Of a DNA stretch of 64,000 nucleotides, positions 1-9,956 are shown piece after piece (position 1 is the first letter of the stretch; each line of letters starts with the position of its first letter). The position numbers were made by a program, and so were the translations under genes. This DNA comes from an uncultured Anaerolineae bacterium (GTDB lineage: Bacteria; Chloroflexota; Anaerolineae; VGOG01): positions 7,895 through 71,894 of the forward strand of contig CAYMKL010000006.1 of assembly GCA_964390805.1 (NCBI GenBank). The letters run 5' to 3'. The notes under the pieces were generated by a model. That model was not told where the DNA came from. It saw only the letters and a list, made by a program, of their open reading frames with translations, and did not search any database.

Positions 1-377
1 AGGAGCAGATCGAGAGCATCAAGGGGACCTTGACCTTTCTGGCAGAGCGGTCTGCCATGTCCACCATCACCGTTGACCTGCGCCCCCTCGTGCCTACGCC
101 CACCGTTACCCCTACGGTGACGGTCACTCCAACGCCGACGGCGACGCCAGTGGCGGCCTGGAGCCCAGGGGACACCTACAGCCAGGCCTCCGAGTTCTTG
201 ACCGTGGTGGTCTTGCGGCGGCTCGTAGATGTGGCTATCTGGACATCAGTGGTGTGCGGGCCCTTCCTCATCTTCCTCATCCTGATCGTCCTGGCCTTGC
301 GGGCCTTTGGCGTCCGTCTGCGCCCGCTCAGCCGGAGAGAGGAACGCTCGTCGGAAGAGCAGAGCAATCAGATGTGA
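1..377 (+). CDS. C-terminal fragment of a larger protein (starts upstream of the window). It has a Pro/Thr-rich linker and a C-terminal transmembrane anchor.
   Basis: The reading frame is open from position 3 and runs into the annotated 30..377 ORF. The PTPTVTPTVTVTPTPTATP linker is followed by a hydrophobic helix (IWTSVVCGPFLIFLILIVLAL). Confidence 0.4.
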   Translation, partial: EQIESIKGTLTFLAERSAMSTITVDLRPLVPTPTVTPTVTVTPTPTATPVAAWSPGDTYSQASEFLTVVVLRRLVDVAIWTSVVCGPFLIFLILIVLALRAFGVRLRPLSRREERSSEEQSNQM

Positions 378-393
378 TGGCTGAACCTGGCGT

Positions 394-402
394 TGGTATA
401 AT
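394..402 (+). promoter_or_regulatory. Extended -10 element (TGgTATAAT) upstream of the alpha-2-macroglobulin gene
   Basis: TGGTATAAT at 394-402 lies about 150 nt upstream of the ATG at 551, in an AT-richer intergenic stretch. Confidence 0.3.
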
Positions 403-550
403 GTAGTCAAGAGAATCCTGCCGATGATCTCCTTAGTATTGGCAAGGATTTTGCCTTCGGCTTTTGTTTTGTATGAAAGGGAGTGCTGAAAGAAATTTGC
501 CAACATTCATTAGCTCGGAAGCAGCCTACAGACTTTGAAAGGAGTAGACA

Positions 551-3500
551 ATGAGTTACCATAAGTTGCTACAGCGCATCATTCGCACAGTGTTGGTCCT
601 GTCTTTCCTGGTTGGGTGCCGCGCCGCTACACCTACACCCACACCTGTCCCGGCGACAGCTACGCCTATCCCCATTCCACCGACAGCTACGCCCACCCTC
701 ATCCCACCGACGCCCGTCCCGACACCCACCCCTCTGCCGTCGCTTCCAGAGGTGCGATACACTCCCGTGGCCGAGGCTGCGGTGTCCCCCATCGTCGTGG
801 ACCGCACCCCGCTCCGAGGGGCAACCCTGCAACCTGAGGGTGTCGTGGAGATCATCTTCGACCGGCTGATGGATGCGAAAGCTGTCCAGGCAGCCTTCAC
901 CCTTCAACCGGCTGGCGGGGAAGCCATTGCCGGTGAGGCCACCTGGCCCGATAACCGGACCATGCGCTTTCAGCCAGGCCAGTCCCTGGCCCTCAACACC
1001 GCTTACGACGTGGTGCTGACCCAGGATGCCACCGACGCGGACGGCACGCCGCTGGCAGAACCCTTCGTGTTTCGTTTCTTCACCACTGGCTTCCTGGAAG
1101 TGGCTCAGGTCATTCCCGCCCATGGCACCACTGACGTGGAGACCGACGGCACCATCACCGTCATCTTCAATCGTCCGGTGGTTCCCCTGACGACGCTGGG
1201 GCAGCAAAAAGACCTGCCACAACCTGTGGTCTTCGACCCGCCCATCGTCGGTGACGGTGAGTGGTTGAACACGTCCATTTACATCTTGCGGCCCAGCGAA
1301 CCCCTGGCTGGCGGCACCACCTACACCGCCCAGGTGAAGGCCGGCTTGACCGATGCCGCGGGCGATGCCTTGCTGCCCGAAGACTTCTCGTGGCAATTTG
1401 TCACTACCCCGCCCAAGGTGGTGTGGGTCAAGCCAGCGGACGACGCTGAACTGGTGGACGTTGACACCGCCATCACGGTCCAGTTCAACCAGCCCGTTGA
1501 TGCTGACTCGGTCCGAGCTACTTTCGGTCTTCAGGTGGGCTCCCAGGCCGTGTCCGGCCAGATCGAAGTTGACGGTGACACCGTGACCTTCACGCCGGAT
1601 GCACGGCTGGCCTTCGACCAGAGCTACCAGGTCACCATTGCCCCGGGAGTGACCTCGGCGGCGGGCGGCGCCGGCATGGGCGAAGCCTACACCTGGCGCT
1701 TCACCACCGTCCCCCTCCCGCGCATCGTTGATACCGAGCCGCGAGACGGTGAGCGCAACGCCTGGCCGTACACCGGCTTTCGGATCCAGTTCAACGCCCC
1801 CATAGATCCGACCACGGTGATGCCCCACGTCTCCATGACCCCGCCTCTCGAGGCAACAGAGGTGTACACCTCTTATTCGCACTGGGACAACAGCTTCTTC
1901 TTCTCCTTCGGAGCCCAGCCGTCCAGCGATTACGAAGTGCGCATTGAGGCCGGGATCGCCGATCCCTACGGAAACGAGATCGAGGAGGGGCGCACGGTAC
2001 GTTTCCGAACGGCAGCACTGGAGCCGGACTATCGGTTGCACGTGCCCGACATCGTGGGCACCTACAATGCCTACGATCCGGCGCGGCTGTACGTGTCCTA
2101 CGTGAACCTGAACCGCATCAACCTGCGCCTGTATCGCCTCAGCGCCGATGCCCTTCTCCAGCCCACTTATCGCCTGATCGAGAATCTGCCGGCAGAGGCG
2201 AGCCCGATCCGCCAGTGGGAGCTCCCGCTGGAAGCCCCGTTGAACGAGCGGAGCTACGCGCCCATTGATCTGGCGGAGGACGGCGGCAGTCTCGAGCCCG
2301 GCCTCTACCTGCTCGACACCGATGCGCCGGGCATTGATCGCGGCTACTGGGGCCGGCGACACATTCTGGTCGTGTCCCACATCAACCTGACCGTCAAGTC
2401 CGGCCCGCGGGATCACTTGGCCTGGGCGACGGATCTGGCCAGCGGAGAGCCGGTGCCCGACCTACCACTGACCTTCGCGGCACAAGAAGGCGGACTGCTG
2501 GGCAGCGCCAAGACGGATGCCGATGGCGTCGCCCGACTCGACCTGGCCTCTCAGCCCTATGGCCCCATCATGGTCTACAGTGAGGAGCCCTTCACCGCCG
2601 GGTCCGCGGAGTGGGGGCGGGGCACGTCGCCGTGGGATTTTGGACTGCAAGGCGGCTATGGCTGGTCGGACTTCCGCGTGCACACCTACACCGACCGGCC
2701 CATCTATCGCCCAGGCCAGACGGTGTACTTCAAGGGCGTCATTCGCGCCGAGGATGACGTCAGCTACACCCCACCCGACCCTTCGATAGGCTCAGGGCAG
2801 GGCCTGGGCCAAGTCCAGGTCATTGTGCACGATGCCAACTACGAGGAAATCTACAACCAATCCCTGGACGTCAGCCAGGCCGGCACATTCCACGACCAAC
2901 TGGAACTGGGCGGCGGTGCATCCCTGGGGAATTACGGCATCAGCGTGCAGTTTCAGAATCAGCACTTTTGGACTGAATTCCAGGTGGCCGCCTATCGCGC
3001 GCCGGAGTTCAAGGTGACGGTTGATCCCGGCCCCGACGAAATCCTGAAGGGTCAGGACATCAAAGCCACTGTCCACGTCAACTACTTCTTCGGCGGCCCC
3101 GTGGCCGACGTGCCCGTCGAATGGAACGTGCTGGCAGAAACCTACATTTTTGAGCCGCCGTGGGGTGGTCGCTACAGCTTCACTGACTCCGACGATCCCT
3201 GGATCTGCTTCGACTGCTGGTGGTATCGCCGCGAGGAATATCGCCCACCGATCCTGAGCGGCAGCGGCACCACCGATGCGCAGGGCCAACTGGTCATTGA
3301 GCTTTCGGGCGCGGAGCTCCGAGAGAAGTTGCCCGAAGGCAGCGTGGAGGTGACCATCGAAGCCACCGCCACCGGACGCGACAACCAGGTCATCTCCGGT
3401 CGTTCTAGCCTCATCGCCCACCGCGGCCAGTGGTACGTCGGCCTCAGCCCACAGCGCTACGTGGGCGAAGCCGGCGATGACTTTCCCATTGATCTGATCG

Positions 3501-6500
3501 CCGTGGATTGGGAGGGCGAACGCCTGCCGGGGCGGGAGATCGAGGTCAGTTTCTACCGCCGCGAGTGGAAGAACGTCTTCGTGGAGAACGAGGTCGGCGG
3601 CGGCATCTGGGAGACCGAGACCGAGGACACGCTGGTTGACACCGTTCCCGTGACCACCGACGAACTGGGTGAGGCAGTGGCCAGCTTCGTCCCGCCTCAG
3701 AGTGGTTCCTACAAGGTCGTCGCCGAGGACCCGGATCCCGCCAGCGACGTTCGCTCTTCGGTTTTCGTGTGGGTCAGCGGTGCGGAGTACGTCTCCTGGC
3801 GGCGCGAGAACCACGACCGCATCAATCTGATCTCCGACAAGAACAGCTACGAGCCGGGCGAAATGGCGGAGATTCTCATTCCGTCCCCCTTCGCCGGCCC
3901 GCACTGGGCGCTGGTCACGGTGGAGCGTGGCCGCATCATCCGCCACGAGGTGGTTCCGATCACCAGCAACAGCCAGGTCTACCGGTTGCCCATCCAGGAC
4001 AGCGACGCGCCCAACGTCTACGTGTCTGTGGTGCTGATCAAGGGACAGACCGCCGACGCGCCTCTGGCCGACTACAAAGTGGGCCTCCTGCCGCTGGACG
4101 TCACCCCGCGCGCCCAGACACTGAACGTCTCCGTCAGCCCCGACCGGCCCCAGGCCCAGCCCGGCGAAGAAGTCACCTACGTCGTCCAGACCACCGACGC
4201 CGAGGGCAACCCGGTCTCAGCCGAGCTGTCGCTGGATCTGGTGGACAAGGCTGTTCTGAGCCTACTGCCTCGGCAGCCCAGCGCCATCAAAGAGACATTC
4301 TATGGGCGGCAGGGTCTGAGCATTCAGACGGCCAGCGCCTTGGCCATTTCGGTCAATCGCCTGCTTCAGGAGATCGAGGAGGACTTAGGAGGCAGGGACG
4401 AGGCAGCCCTGCAGCCTATGGCGACGGTGGTTGTTGAGAAGCAGGTAGTGGTCGAGGCAGAGATGGCCCTTGAAGCACCTCAAGCAGCTCCTCGGGCAGC
4501 AGCGCCGCCGGGCGTCGAGCTGCGAGAGGAGTTTGCCGACACCGCCTACTGGAATCCGGTGGTCACCACCGATCCCGCCAGCGGCGCAGCCGAAGTGACG
4601 GTGAAGCTGCCGGACAACCTGACCACCTGGGTGATGCGGGGGGTCGGGCTCACAGGCCAGGGCATCTCGCCGCTGAAGGTCGGTGAAAGCACATCGGAAG
4701 TAGTCGCCACCCTGCCGCTGCTGATCCGGCCCGTGGCGCCGCGCTTCTTCGTGGTGGACGACCGGGCTGAGCTGGCAGCGCTGGTCAGCAACAACACCGA
4801 TACTGCGCTGGAGACCAGGGTCAGCCTGAGTGCGGAGGGCGTTTCGCTGCAGAGCGAGGCCGAGCAGACGGTGACCATCCCCGCTCGCAGCGAGACCAAG
4901 GTGACGTGGGACGTGACCGTTCAGGACGTCCCTCAGTCCCAATTGATCTTCGCCGCCGTTTCCGACCAGTACTCGGATGCCAGCAAGCCTCGCCTGACGA
5001 CGGGGCCCGAAGGCTCGCTGCTGGTGCTGCGCTACTCCGCCCCCGACATCGTCGGCACGGGCGGTCAACTGATCGAGGCCGGCAGTCGAACCGAAGTCGT
5101 CGCTCTGCCGCCGCGCTTCGATGATCGCCAGGGCGAGCTCAGCATCCAGCTCGATCCCAGTTTGGCGGCTGGTATGCGCGACGGGCTCACCTACCTGAAG
5201 CACTTCCCGTACGAGTGCACCGAGCAGACCGTTAGCCGCTTCCTACCCAACGTGCTCACCTACCGGGCGCTGACCGAGTTGGGCATCAGAGACGAAGAAT
5301 TGGCCGAAAAGCTACCGGGGCTGGTGGAACAGGGGCTGGAGAAGCTGTATCTCCAGCAGCACTCCGACGGTGGCTGGGGCTGGTGGGCTGACGATGAGAG
5401 CAACCCTCATCTCTCGGCCTACGTGGTGTTCGCTATCCTCAAGGCTCGCCAGGCCGGCTTCCCGGTGAGAACCGACGCCATCAGCAACGGTGAGTCGTAC
5501 CTGCTGAGCCAGGTGAAGGAAACGCGCCAGTTCGAGAGCTATCGTCAAGCCAATCAGCAGGCCTTCCTGTTGTACGTGTTGGCCGAGGATGGGAAGGCGC
5601 CGACCCAAGACCTGGACGCCCTGTACGAAGATCGCCAGAAGCTCAGTCACTACGGCCGCGCCTTCCTGGCCCTGTCCCTGTCGTTAACAAACCAGGCCGA
5701 GGGGCGCGTTGACACCCTGCTGTCCGACATCAACAACGCCGCCATCCTCAGCGCCACCGGCGCCCACTGGGAGGAGGAGAACTACGACTGGTGGGCCATG
5801 AATACCGACACGCGCTCCACGGCGGTGATCCTGGACGCCCTGGCGCGGCTGGACCTGGACAACGCGCTGATTCCCAACGTGGTGCGCTGGCTCATGGTCG
5901 CCCGGCGGGACGGTATCTGGGAGACGACCTATGAAACCGCCTGGGCCCTCATCGGCCTGACCGATTGGATGCGCGTCACTGGCGAACTGGAGGCCAACTA
6001 CGCTTACACCGCCCTGCTGAACGATGGCGAGATCATGCTGGGCCAGGCCACCCTGGAAAACGTGCAGGAGAGTGTGAAGCAGAAGATAGCCATCGCCGAT
6101 CTGGTGCTCGCCAGCAACCGCCTGACCATCGCTCGTGGTGAGGGGCCGGGGCGGCTGTACTACACCGCACACCTCAAGGTGTACCTGCCCGTGGAGGAGA
6201 TCGAGCCCGAGGATCGAGGCGTCATCGTGCAGCGCCGCTACACGCTGGCCAGTTGCCAGGATGGCGCAGCCCTTCGACAAGCTCAGGACACCGCCTGTAC
6301 CGATGTGCAAGAGGTCGCGCTCGGTGACGTGATCCGCGTAGACCTGACCATCATCGCGCCCAACGATCTGTACTACGTGGTGGTAGAAGACCCACTGCCA
6401 GCCGGTGCCGAGGCCATTGATACCGGCCTGGCGACGACCAGCCTACTGGCCCTGGAGCCCAGTCTAAGCCGGCAGCCGGAGGATGATCGTTGGTATCCGT

Positions 6501-6718
6501 TCTACTGGTGGTGGAACTGGTACAGCCGCAGCGAGCTGCGCGACGAGAAGGTCGTCCTGTTCGCCGACTACCTGCCCAAGGGCACCTACGAGTACTCCTA
6601 CACCATGCGGGCCACGCTACCTGGCGACTACCACGTGATCCCCACGGTCGCTCACGAGTTCTACTTCCCCGAGGTGTTCGGTCGGAGCGGCGGCCGGCTG
6701 CTCTCGATTGGACGGTAG
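551..6718 (+). CDS. Bacterial alpha-2-macroglobulin family lipoprotein with thioester (2055 aa), carrying N-terminal Big/Ig-like repeats
   Basis: Signal peptide plus lipobox (LVGC), then a PT-rich linker. Repeated Ig-like/MG domains follow. A CTEQ thioester motif (FPYECTEQTVSRF) sits at about 5215-5226. The C-terminal receptor-binding-like domain resembles YfhM/ECAM. Confidence 0.85.
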   Translation: MSYHKLLQRIIRTVLVLSFLVGCRAATPTPTPVPATATPIPIPPTATPTLIPPTPVPTPTPLPSLPEVRYTPVAEAAVSPIVVDRTPLRGATLQPEGVVEIIFDRLMDAKAVQAAFTLQPAGGEAIAGEATWPDNRTMRFQPGQSLALNTAYDVVLTQDATDADGTPLAEPFVFRFFTTGFLEVAQVIPAHGTTDVETDGTITVIFNRPVVPLTTLGQQKDLPQPVVFDPPIVGDGEWLNTSIYILRPSEPLAGGTTYTAQVKAGLTDAAGDALLPEDFSWQFVTTPPKVVWVKPADDAELVDVDTAITVQFNQPVDADSVRATFGLQVGSQAVSGQIEVDGDTVTFTPDARLAFDQSYQVTIAPGVTSAAGGAGMGEAYTWRFTTVPLPRIVDTEPRDGERNAWPYTGFRIQFNAPIDPTTVMPHVSMTPPLEATEVYTSYSHWDNSFFFSFGAQPSSDYEVRIEAGIADPYGNEIEEGRTVRFRTAALEPDYRLHVPDIVGTYNAYDPARLYVSYVNLNRINLRLYRLSADALLQPTYRLIENLPAEASPIRQWELPLEAPLNERSYAPIDLAEDGGSLEPGLYLLDTDAPGIDRGYWGRRHILVVSHINLTVKSGPRDHLAWATDLASGEPVPDLPLTFAAQEGGLLGSAKTDADGVARLDLASQPYGPIMVYSEEPFTAGSAEWGRGTSPWDFGLQGGYGWSDFRVHTYTDRPIYRPGQTVYFKGVIRAEDDVSYTPPDPSIGSGQGLGQVQVIVHDANYEEIYNQSLDVSQAGTFHDQLELGGGASLGNYGISVQFQNQHFWTEFQVAAYRAPEFKVTVDPGPDEILKGQDIKATVHVNYFFGGPVADVPVEWNVLAETYIFEPPWGGRYSFTDSDDPWICFDCWWYRREEYRPPILSGSGTTDAQGQLVIELSGAELREKLPEGSVEVTIEATATGRDNQVISGRSSLIAHRGQWYVGLSPQRYVGEAGDDFPIDLIAVDWEGERLPGREIEVSFYRREWKNVFVENEVGGGIWETETEDTLVDTVPVTTDELGEAVASFVPPQSGSYKVVAEDPDPASDVRSSVFVWVSGAEYVSWRRENHDRINLISDKNSYEPGEMAEILIPSPFAGPHWALVTVERGRIIRHEVVPITSNSQVYRLPIQDSDAPNVYVSVVLIKGQTADAPLADYKVGLLPLDVTPRAQTLNVSVSPDRPQAQPGEEVTYVVQTTDAEGNPVSAELSLDLVDKAVLSLLPRQPSAIKETFYGRQGLSIQTASALAISVNRLLQEIEEDLGGRDEAALQPMATVVVEKQVVVEAEMALEAPQAAPRAAAPPGVELREEFADTAYWNPVVTTDPASGAAEVTVKLPDNLTTWVMRGVGLTGQGISPLKVGESTSEVVATLPLLIRPVAPRFFVVDDRAELAALVSNNTDTALETRVSLSAEGVSLQSEAEQTVTIPARSETKVTWDVTVQDVPQSQLIFAAVSDQYSDASKPRLTTGPEGSLLVLRYSAPDIVGTGGQLIEAGSRTEVVALPPRFDDRQGELSIQLDPSLAAGMRDGLTYLKHFPYECTEQTVSRFLPNVLTYRALTELGIRDEELAEKLPGLVEQGLEKLYLQQHSDGGWGWWADDESNPHLSAYVVFAILKARQAGFPVRTDAISNGESYLLSQVKETRQFESYRQANQQAFLLYVLAEDGKAPTQDLDALYEDRQKLSHYGRAFLALSLSLTNQAEGRVDTLLSDINNAAILSATGAHWEEENYDWWAMNTDTRSTAVILDALARLDLDNALIPNVVRWLMVARRDGIWETTYETAWALIGLTDWMRVTGELEANYAYTALLNDGEIMLGQATLENVQESVKQKIAIADLVLASNRLTIARGEGPGRLYYTAHLKVYLPVEEIEPEDRGVIVQRRYTLASCQDGAALRQAQDTACTDVQEVALGDVIRVDLTIIAPNDLYYVVVEDPLPAGAEAIDTGLATTSLLALEPSLSRQPEDDRWYPFYWWWNWYSRSELRDEKVVLFADYLPKGTYEYSYTMRATLPGDYHVIPTVAHEFYFPEVFGRSGGRLLSIGR

Positions 6719-6735
6719 GTGGGTTGGATTTGCTC

Positions 6736-6764
6736 TTGACAAAGGGATGGCGATGTGGTATAAT
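6736..6764 (+). promoter_or_regulatory. Near-consensus sigma70-type promoter (TTGACA-17 nt-TATAAT) upstream of the ROK regulator and sugar operon
   Basis: TTGACA at 6736-6741 and TATAAT at 6759-6764 with an exact 17-nt spacer, about 40 nt upstream of the ROK start. Confidence 0.5.
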
Positions 6765-6805
6765 AAACTTGCTTCAGTGAAGAAAGTAACCTGGGAGTAC
6801 TTCTC

Positions 6806-8044
6806 TTGGCCCGTCTGCGCAGGGGCAACCGCGACCTCATTAAAGAGATCAACCGCAATCTGGTGCTCAACCTCATAAAAAGCCGCGGCTCCATCTCCCG
6901 CACTGACATCGCCCGTCTCTCCAGCCTCAGCCTGGCTACCGTGTCTGGCATCACCGCTGACTTCATCGCCAGCGGCCTGGTGCACGAGCTGGGTGAGGGG
7001 GAATCCACCGGCGGCCGGCGGCCCGTGCTGCTGCGCCTCAACTACCGGGCCGGCTTCGTGGTGGGAGTCAAGCTCATGGAGCAGGCGGTTGCCAGTGCCC
7101 TCACCGACCTGGACGCCCAGGTCCTTCATCATCAGGTAACTCCCCTGGAAGACCAGCGTAGCCTGGCAACCGTACAGGAGGTCATCGCTGCTGCTGTGGA
7201 AGCGACCATCGCTGCGTCGGAGGTGGAACGTCAGCGGGTACTGGGGATTGGCATCGGCCTGGCTGGGGTGGTGGACGGGGAAGCGGGGGTGTGCCGCTAC
7301 TCTCCCTTCTTCGGTTGGCGCAATGTGCAATTCGCCCAGCCCTTGGCTGATCATTTCGGCCTGCCTGTGTATCTGGAGAACGACGTCAACACCCTGACCA
7401 TCGCCGAGCAGTGGTTCGGCTACGGCCACGGAGTGGATCACTTCGTGGTGGTGACGGTGGGTCGCGGCGTGGGCGCCGGCATCGTGGTCAACGGTCAGTT
7501 CTACCGAGGAGCCCTGGGCGGGGCGGGGGAGTTGGGGCACATCACCCTGCAAGAGAATGGCCCACCCTGCGGCTGCGGGAAGAGGGGTTGCCTGGAGGCC
7601 CTGACCTCGGATCCGGCGATGGTGCGCCAGGCCAGGGTGGCCATCACGCTGGGGGAGCGGACGACGCTGGCTGAGGCCGAGCCATTGACCTTGGAGGCTA
7701 TTGTGACAGCAGCCGAGGCGGGGGACGAGCTGGCCCGACGACTGCTGGGCGACGCAGGACATTGGCTGGGGATCGGCATCGCTCACCTGGTGAACGTTCT
7801 GAACCCCCAGATGGTGATCGTGGGAGGCGAGGGAGTGCGGGCCGGGGAGTGGCGTTTCGGCCCCATGCGGGAGGCTATCCACGAACACGCCTTCGACAGC
7901 CTGGCCGATGATTTGCAGATCATCATTGAGCCCTCAGGCGATGAGACCTGGGCGCGGGGCGCGGCCTGCGTGGTACTGGGAGAGATATTCAAGTCACCGG
8001 TGCACACAGGAGAGAAGATTGACTTGATAGCTGGGATGGCTTGA
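6806..8044 (+). CDS. ROK family transcriptional regulator (NagC/Mlc/XylR-like)
   Basis: N-terminal HTH (GNRDLIKEINRNLVLNLI). ROK zinc motif GHITLQENGPPCGCGKRGCLE. Likely TTG start. Confidence 0.85.
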   Translation: MARLRRGNRDLIKEINRNLVLNLIKSRGSISRTDIARLSSLSLATVSGITADFIASGLVHELGEGESTGGRRPVLLRLNYRAGFVVGVKLMEQAVASALTDLDAQVLHHQVTPLEDQRSLATVQEVIAAAVEATIAASEVERQRVLGIGIGLAGVVDGEAGVCRYSPFFGWRNVQFAQPLADHFGLPVYLENDVNTLTIAEQWFGYGHGVDHFVVVTVGRGVGAGIVVNGQFYRGALGGAGELGHITLQENGPPCGCGKRGCLEALTSDPAMVRQARVAITLGERTTLAEAEPLTLEAIVTAAEAGDELARRLLGDAGHWLGIGIAHLVNVLNPQMVIVGGEGVRAGEWRFGPMREAIHEHAFDSLADDLQIIIEPSGDETWARGAACVVLGEIFKSPVHTGEKIDLIAGMA

Positions 8045-8104
8045 CGGTTTTCTTTTTTGCTCAAACTTATTTCGCCAAATGAAGCAAGCTGATGGAGGAA
8101 ATGG

Positions 8105-8986
8105 ATGGCCGGTGAGAAAGGGATTCGCAGATACGCTTGGATCTGTTTTTTCCTGCTCCCCAGCCTGAGCGGGCTGGTGCTCTTCACTCTCTTGCCCATT
8201 CTGGCCTCACTGGGATTGACCCTCTTCGAGTGGGATCTGCTCACGTCACCCCAGTTCGTCGGCCTGGGCAACTTCCAACGCCTGATCCGCGACCGAAATT
8301 TCTTGACGGCTCTGGGCCACACCTTGCAGTTTATCGCTGGCTACATCCCGCTGGTGATGATCATCTCCCTGGGGGTGGCTGTGATTTTGAATCAGAGAAT
8401 CAGGGGCGTGATCCTCTTTCGCGCTGCCCTTTTTACCCCAGTGGTCTCCGCTTGGGTGGCTGTCGCGCTGCTATGGAAATGGATATTCAACCCCAAGTTC
8501 GGCATAGTCAACTACTTGCTAGGGTTGATAGGCATCCAGGGCCCGGCCTGGCTGTTCGATCCACAGTGGGCCATGCCAGCCGTCATCATCACCAGCGTGT
8601 GGAAGGACATCGGTTTCGTCATGGTGATGTTCCTGGCCGGTCTGCAAGGCATCCCCACAGAGTACTACGAGGCAGCATCCATTGACGGCGCGAGTAGCTG
8701 GCGACGATTTCGCCACATCACGCTCCCCCTGCTCTCTCCGACCACCTTCTTCGCTCTGATCATCTCGCTCATCAACTCCTTCCAGGTTTTCGATCAGGTG
8801 TGGATCATGACTGGCGGGGGGCCAGCCGGGGCCACCAGCGTCCTGGTGGAACAGATTGTCAAGAATGCCTTCAGTTACAGCCGCATGGGCTATGCCGCCA
8901 CCCTGTCGTGGGTGCTCTTCCTGCTGGTCTTCACCGCCACGGCTTTCCAGATGCGCCTGCAGAAACGTTGGGTGACTTATGATTGA
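8105..8986 (+). CDS. ABC sugar transporter permease (MalF/UgpA-like)
   Basis: Six predicted TM helices and a binding-protein-dependent permease signature. RBS GGAGG is upstream. Confidence 0.85.
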   Translation: MAGEKGIRRYAWICFFLLPSLSGLVLFTLLPILASLGLTLFEWDLLTSPQFVGLGNFQRLIRDRNFLTALGHTLQFIAGYIPLVMIISLGVAVILNQRIRGVILFRAALFTPVVSAWVAVALLWKWIFNPKFGIVNYLLGLIGIQGPAWLFDPQWAMPAVIITSVWKDIGFVMVMFLAGLQGIPTEYYEAASIDGASSWRRFRHITLPLLSPTTFFALIISLINSFQVFDQVWIMTGGGPAGATSVLVEQIVKNAFSYSRMGYAATLSWVLFLLVFTATAFQMRLQKRWVTYD

Positions 8987-9845
8987 GACAGCGACCAGGC
9001 CAAGAGCACAATCTGTCACCGGATTGCTCCACTTCGCCCGTCAAGGGTTGTTGTACGCTATCCTTGTTGTCTGCGCGCTGTTCATGATCGTGCCCTTTCT
9101 GTGGATGCTCTCCACATCGCTCAAGGCAGACCAGTACGTGCTGACCATGCCGCCACAGTTCTTCCCGCGTCCGTTGACTCTGAGTAGCTACACCCGACTG
9201 ACTGAGTTATTCCCCATCGGCCGCATGTTCTTCAACAGCCTGTTGGTGGCCGTGCTGACCACCCTGGGCCAGCTTCTGGCCAGCTCTATGGCAGCCTATG
9301 CCTTCGCCCGCATGAGGTTCAGGGGCAGTGGGGCGCTGTTCTTGCTCTACCTGGCAACTCTCATGATCCCTTCCCAAGTAACCATCACGCCGCTTTTCAT
9401 CCTGATGCGCCACCTGGGATGGATCAACACCTATCAGAGCCTGATCCTGCCGGGCGTCTTCAGCGCCTTCGGCACGTTTCTGTTGCGACAGAACTTTCTG
9501 ACCATCCCCCCAGAATTGGAAGAGGCTGCGTTCATTGACGGCGCGTCCCATTGGACCATCTACCGGCACATCATTTTGCCTTTGGGCAAGCCGGCCCTGG
9601 CCACACTGGGGGTGTTCGCTTTCATGGGGTCGTGGAATGCCTTCCTGTGGCCCTTGTTCGTCGTTCGAGACTTGGAGCTAATGACCTTGCCCGTGGGATT
9701 GGCCACCCTGCATGGCCGCTGGCTCACCCAGTGGAATTTGGTCATGGCGGGCACGGTTATTACCGTATTACCAATGCTGGTCGTGTATCTTTTGGCCCAG
9801 CAATACTTCGTCAGGGGCGTTGTCCTGAGCGGTATCAAGGGTTAG
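8979..9845 (+). CDS. ABC sugar transporter permease (MalG/UgpE-like)
   Basis: EAA loop motif (EEAAFIDGASHWTIYRHIILP). Overlaps the upstream permease by 8 nt, consistent with translational coupling. Confidence 0.85.
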   Translation: MIETATRPRAQSVTGLLHFARQGLLYAILVVCALFMIVPFLWMLSTSLKADQYVLTMPPQFFPRPLTLSSYTRLTELFPIGRMFFNSLLVAVLTTLGQLLASSMAAYAFARMRFRGSGALFLLYLATLMIPSQVTITPLFILMRHLGWINTYQSLILPGVFSAFGTFLLRQNFLTIPPELEEAAFIDGASHWTIYRHIILPLGKPALATLGVFAFMGSWNAFLWPLFVVRDLELMTLPVGLATLHGRWLTQWNLVMAGTVITVLPMLVVYLLAQQYFVRGVVLSGIKG

Positions 9846-9956
9846 GTCCCGTAACTTGGAAGGAGGTGGCTAAACAAGGAAACAAAATTTGAGCAACGAG
9901 CTTCGTGTTACACATGACTTTCCAAACAAATCCAAGGAGGAAAAAACAACCAACCA

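Noticed and set aside
569-2416. 615-aa minus-strand ORF, plus further long antisense ORFs at 2792-3946, 4385-5203 and 5684-6310, inside the A2M gene
   Set aside because: They lie antisense to a well-supported 2055-aa gene in high-GC DNA. The products are Arg/Gly/His-rich low-complexity sequence typical of GC-driven spurious ORFs.
6617-7888. 423-aa minus-strand ORF overlapping the ROK regulator
   Set aside because: It is antisense to a gene with clear ROK motifs, and I see no recognisable domains in the translation.
9905-9956. Upstream extension of the SBP ORF (MLHMTFQTNPRRKKQPT)
   Set aside because: The RBS AAGGAGG sits inside this extension, 12-16 nt before the ATG at 9957. That ATG begins a canonical lipoprotein signal peptide.
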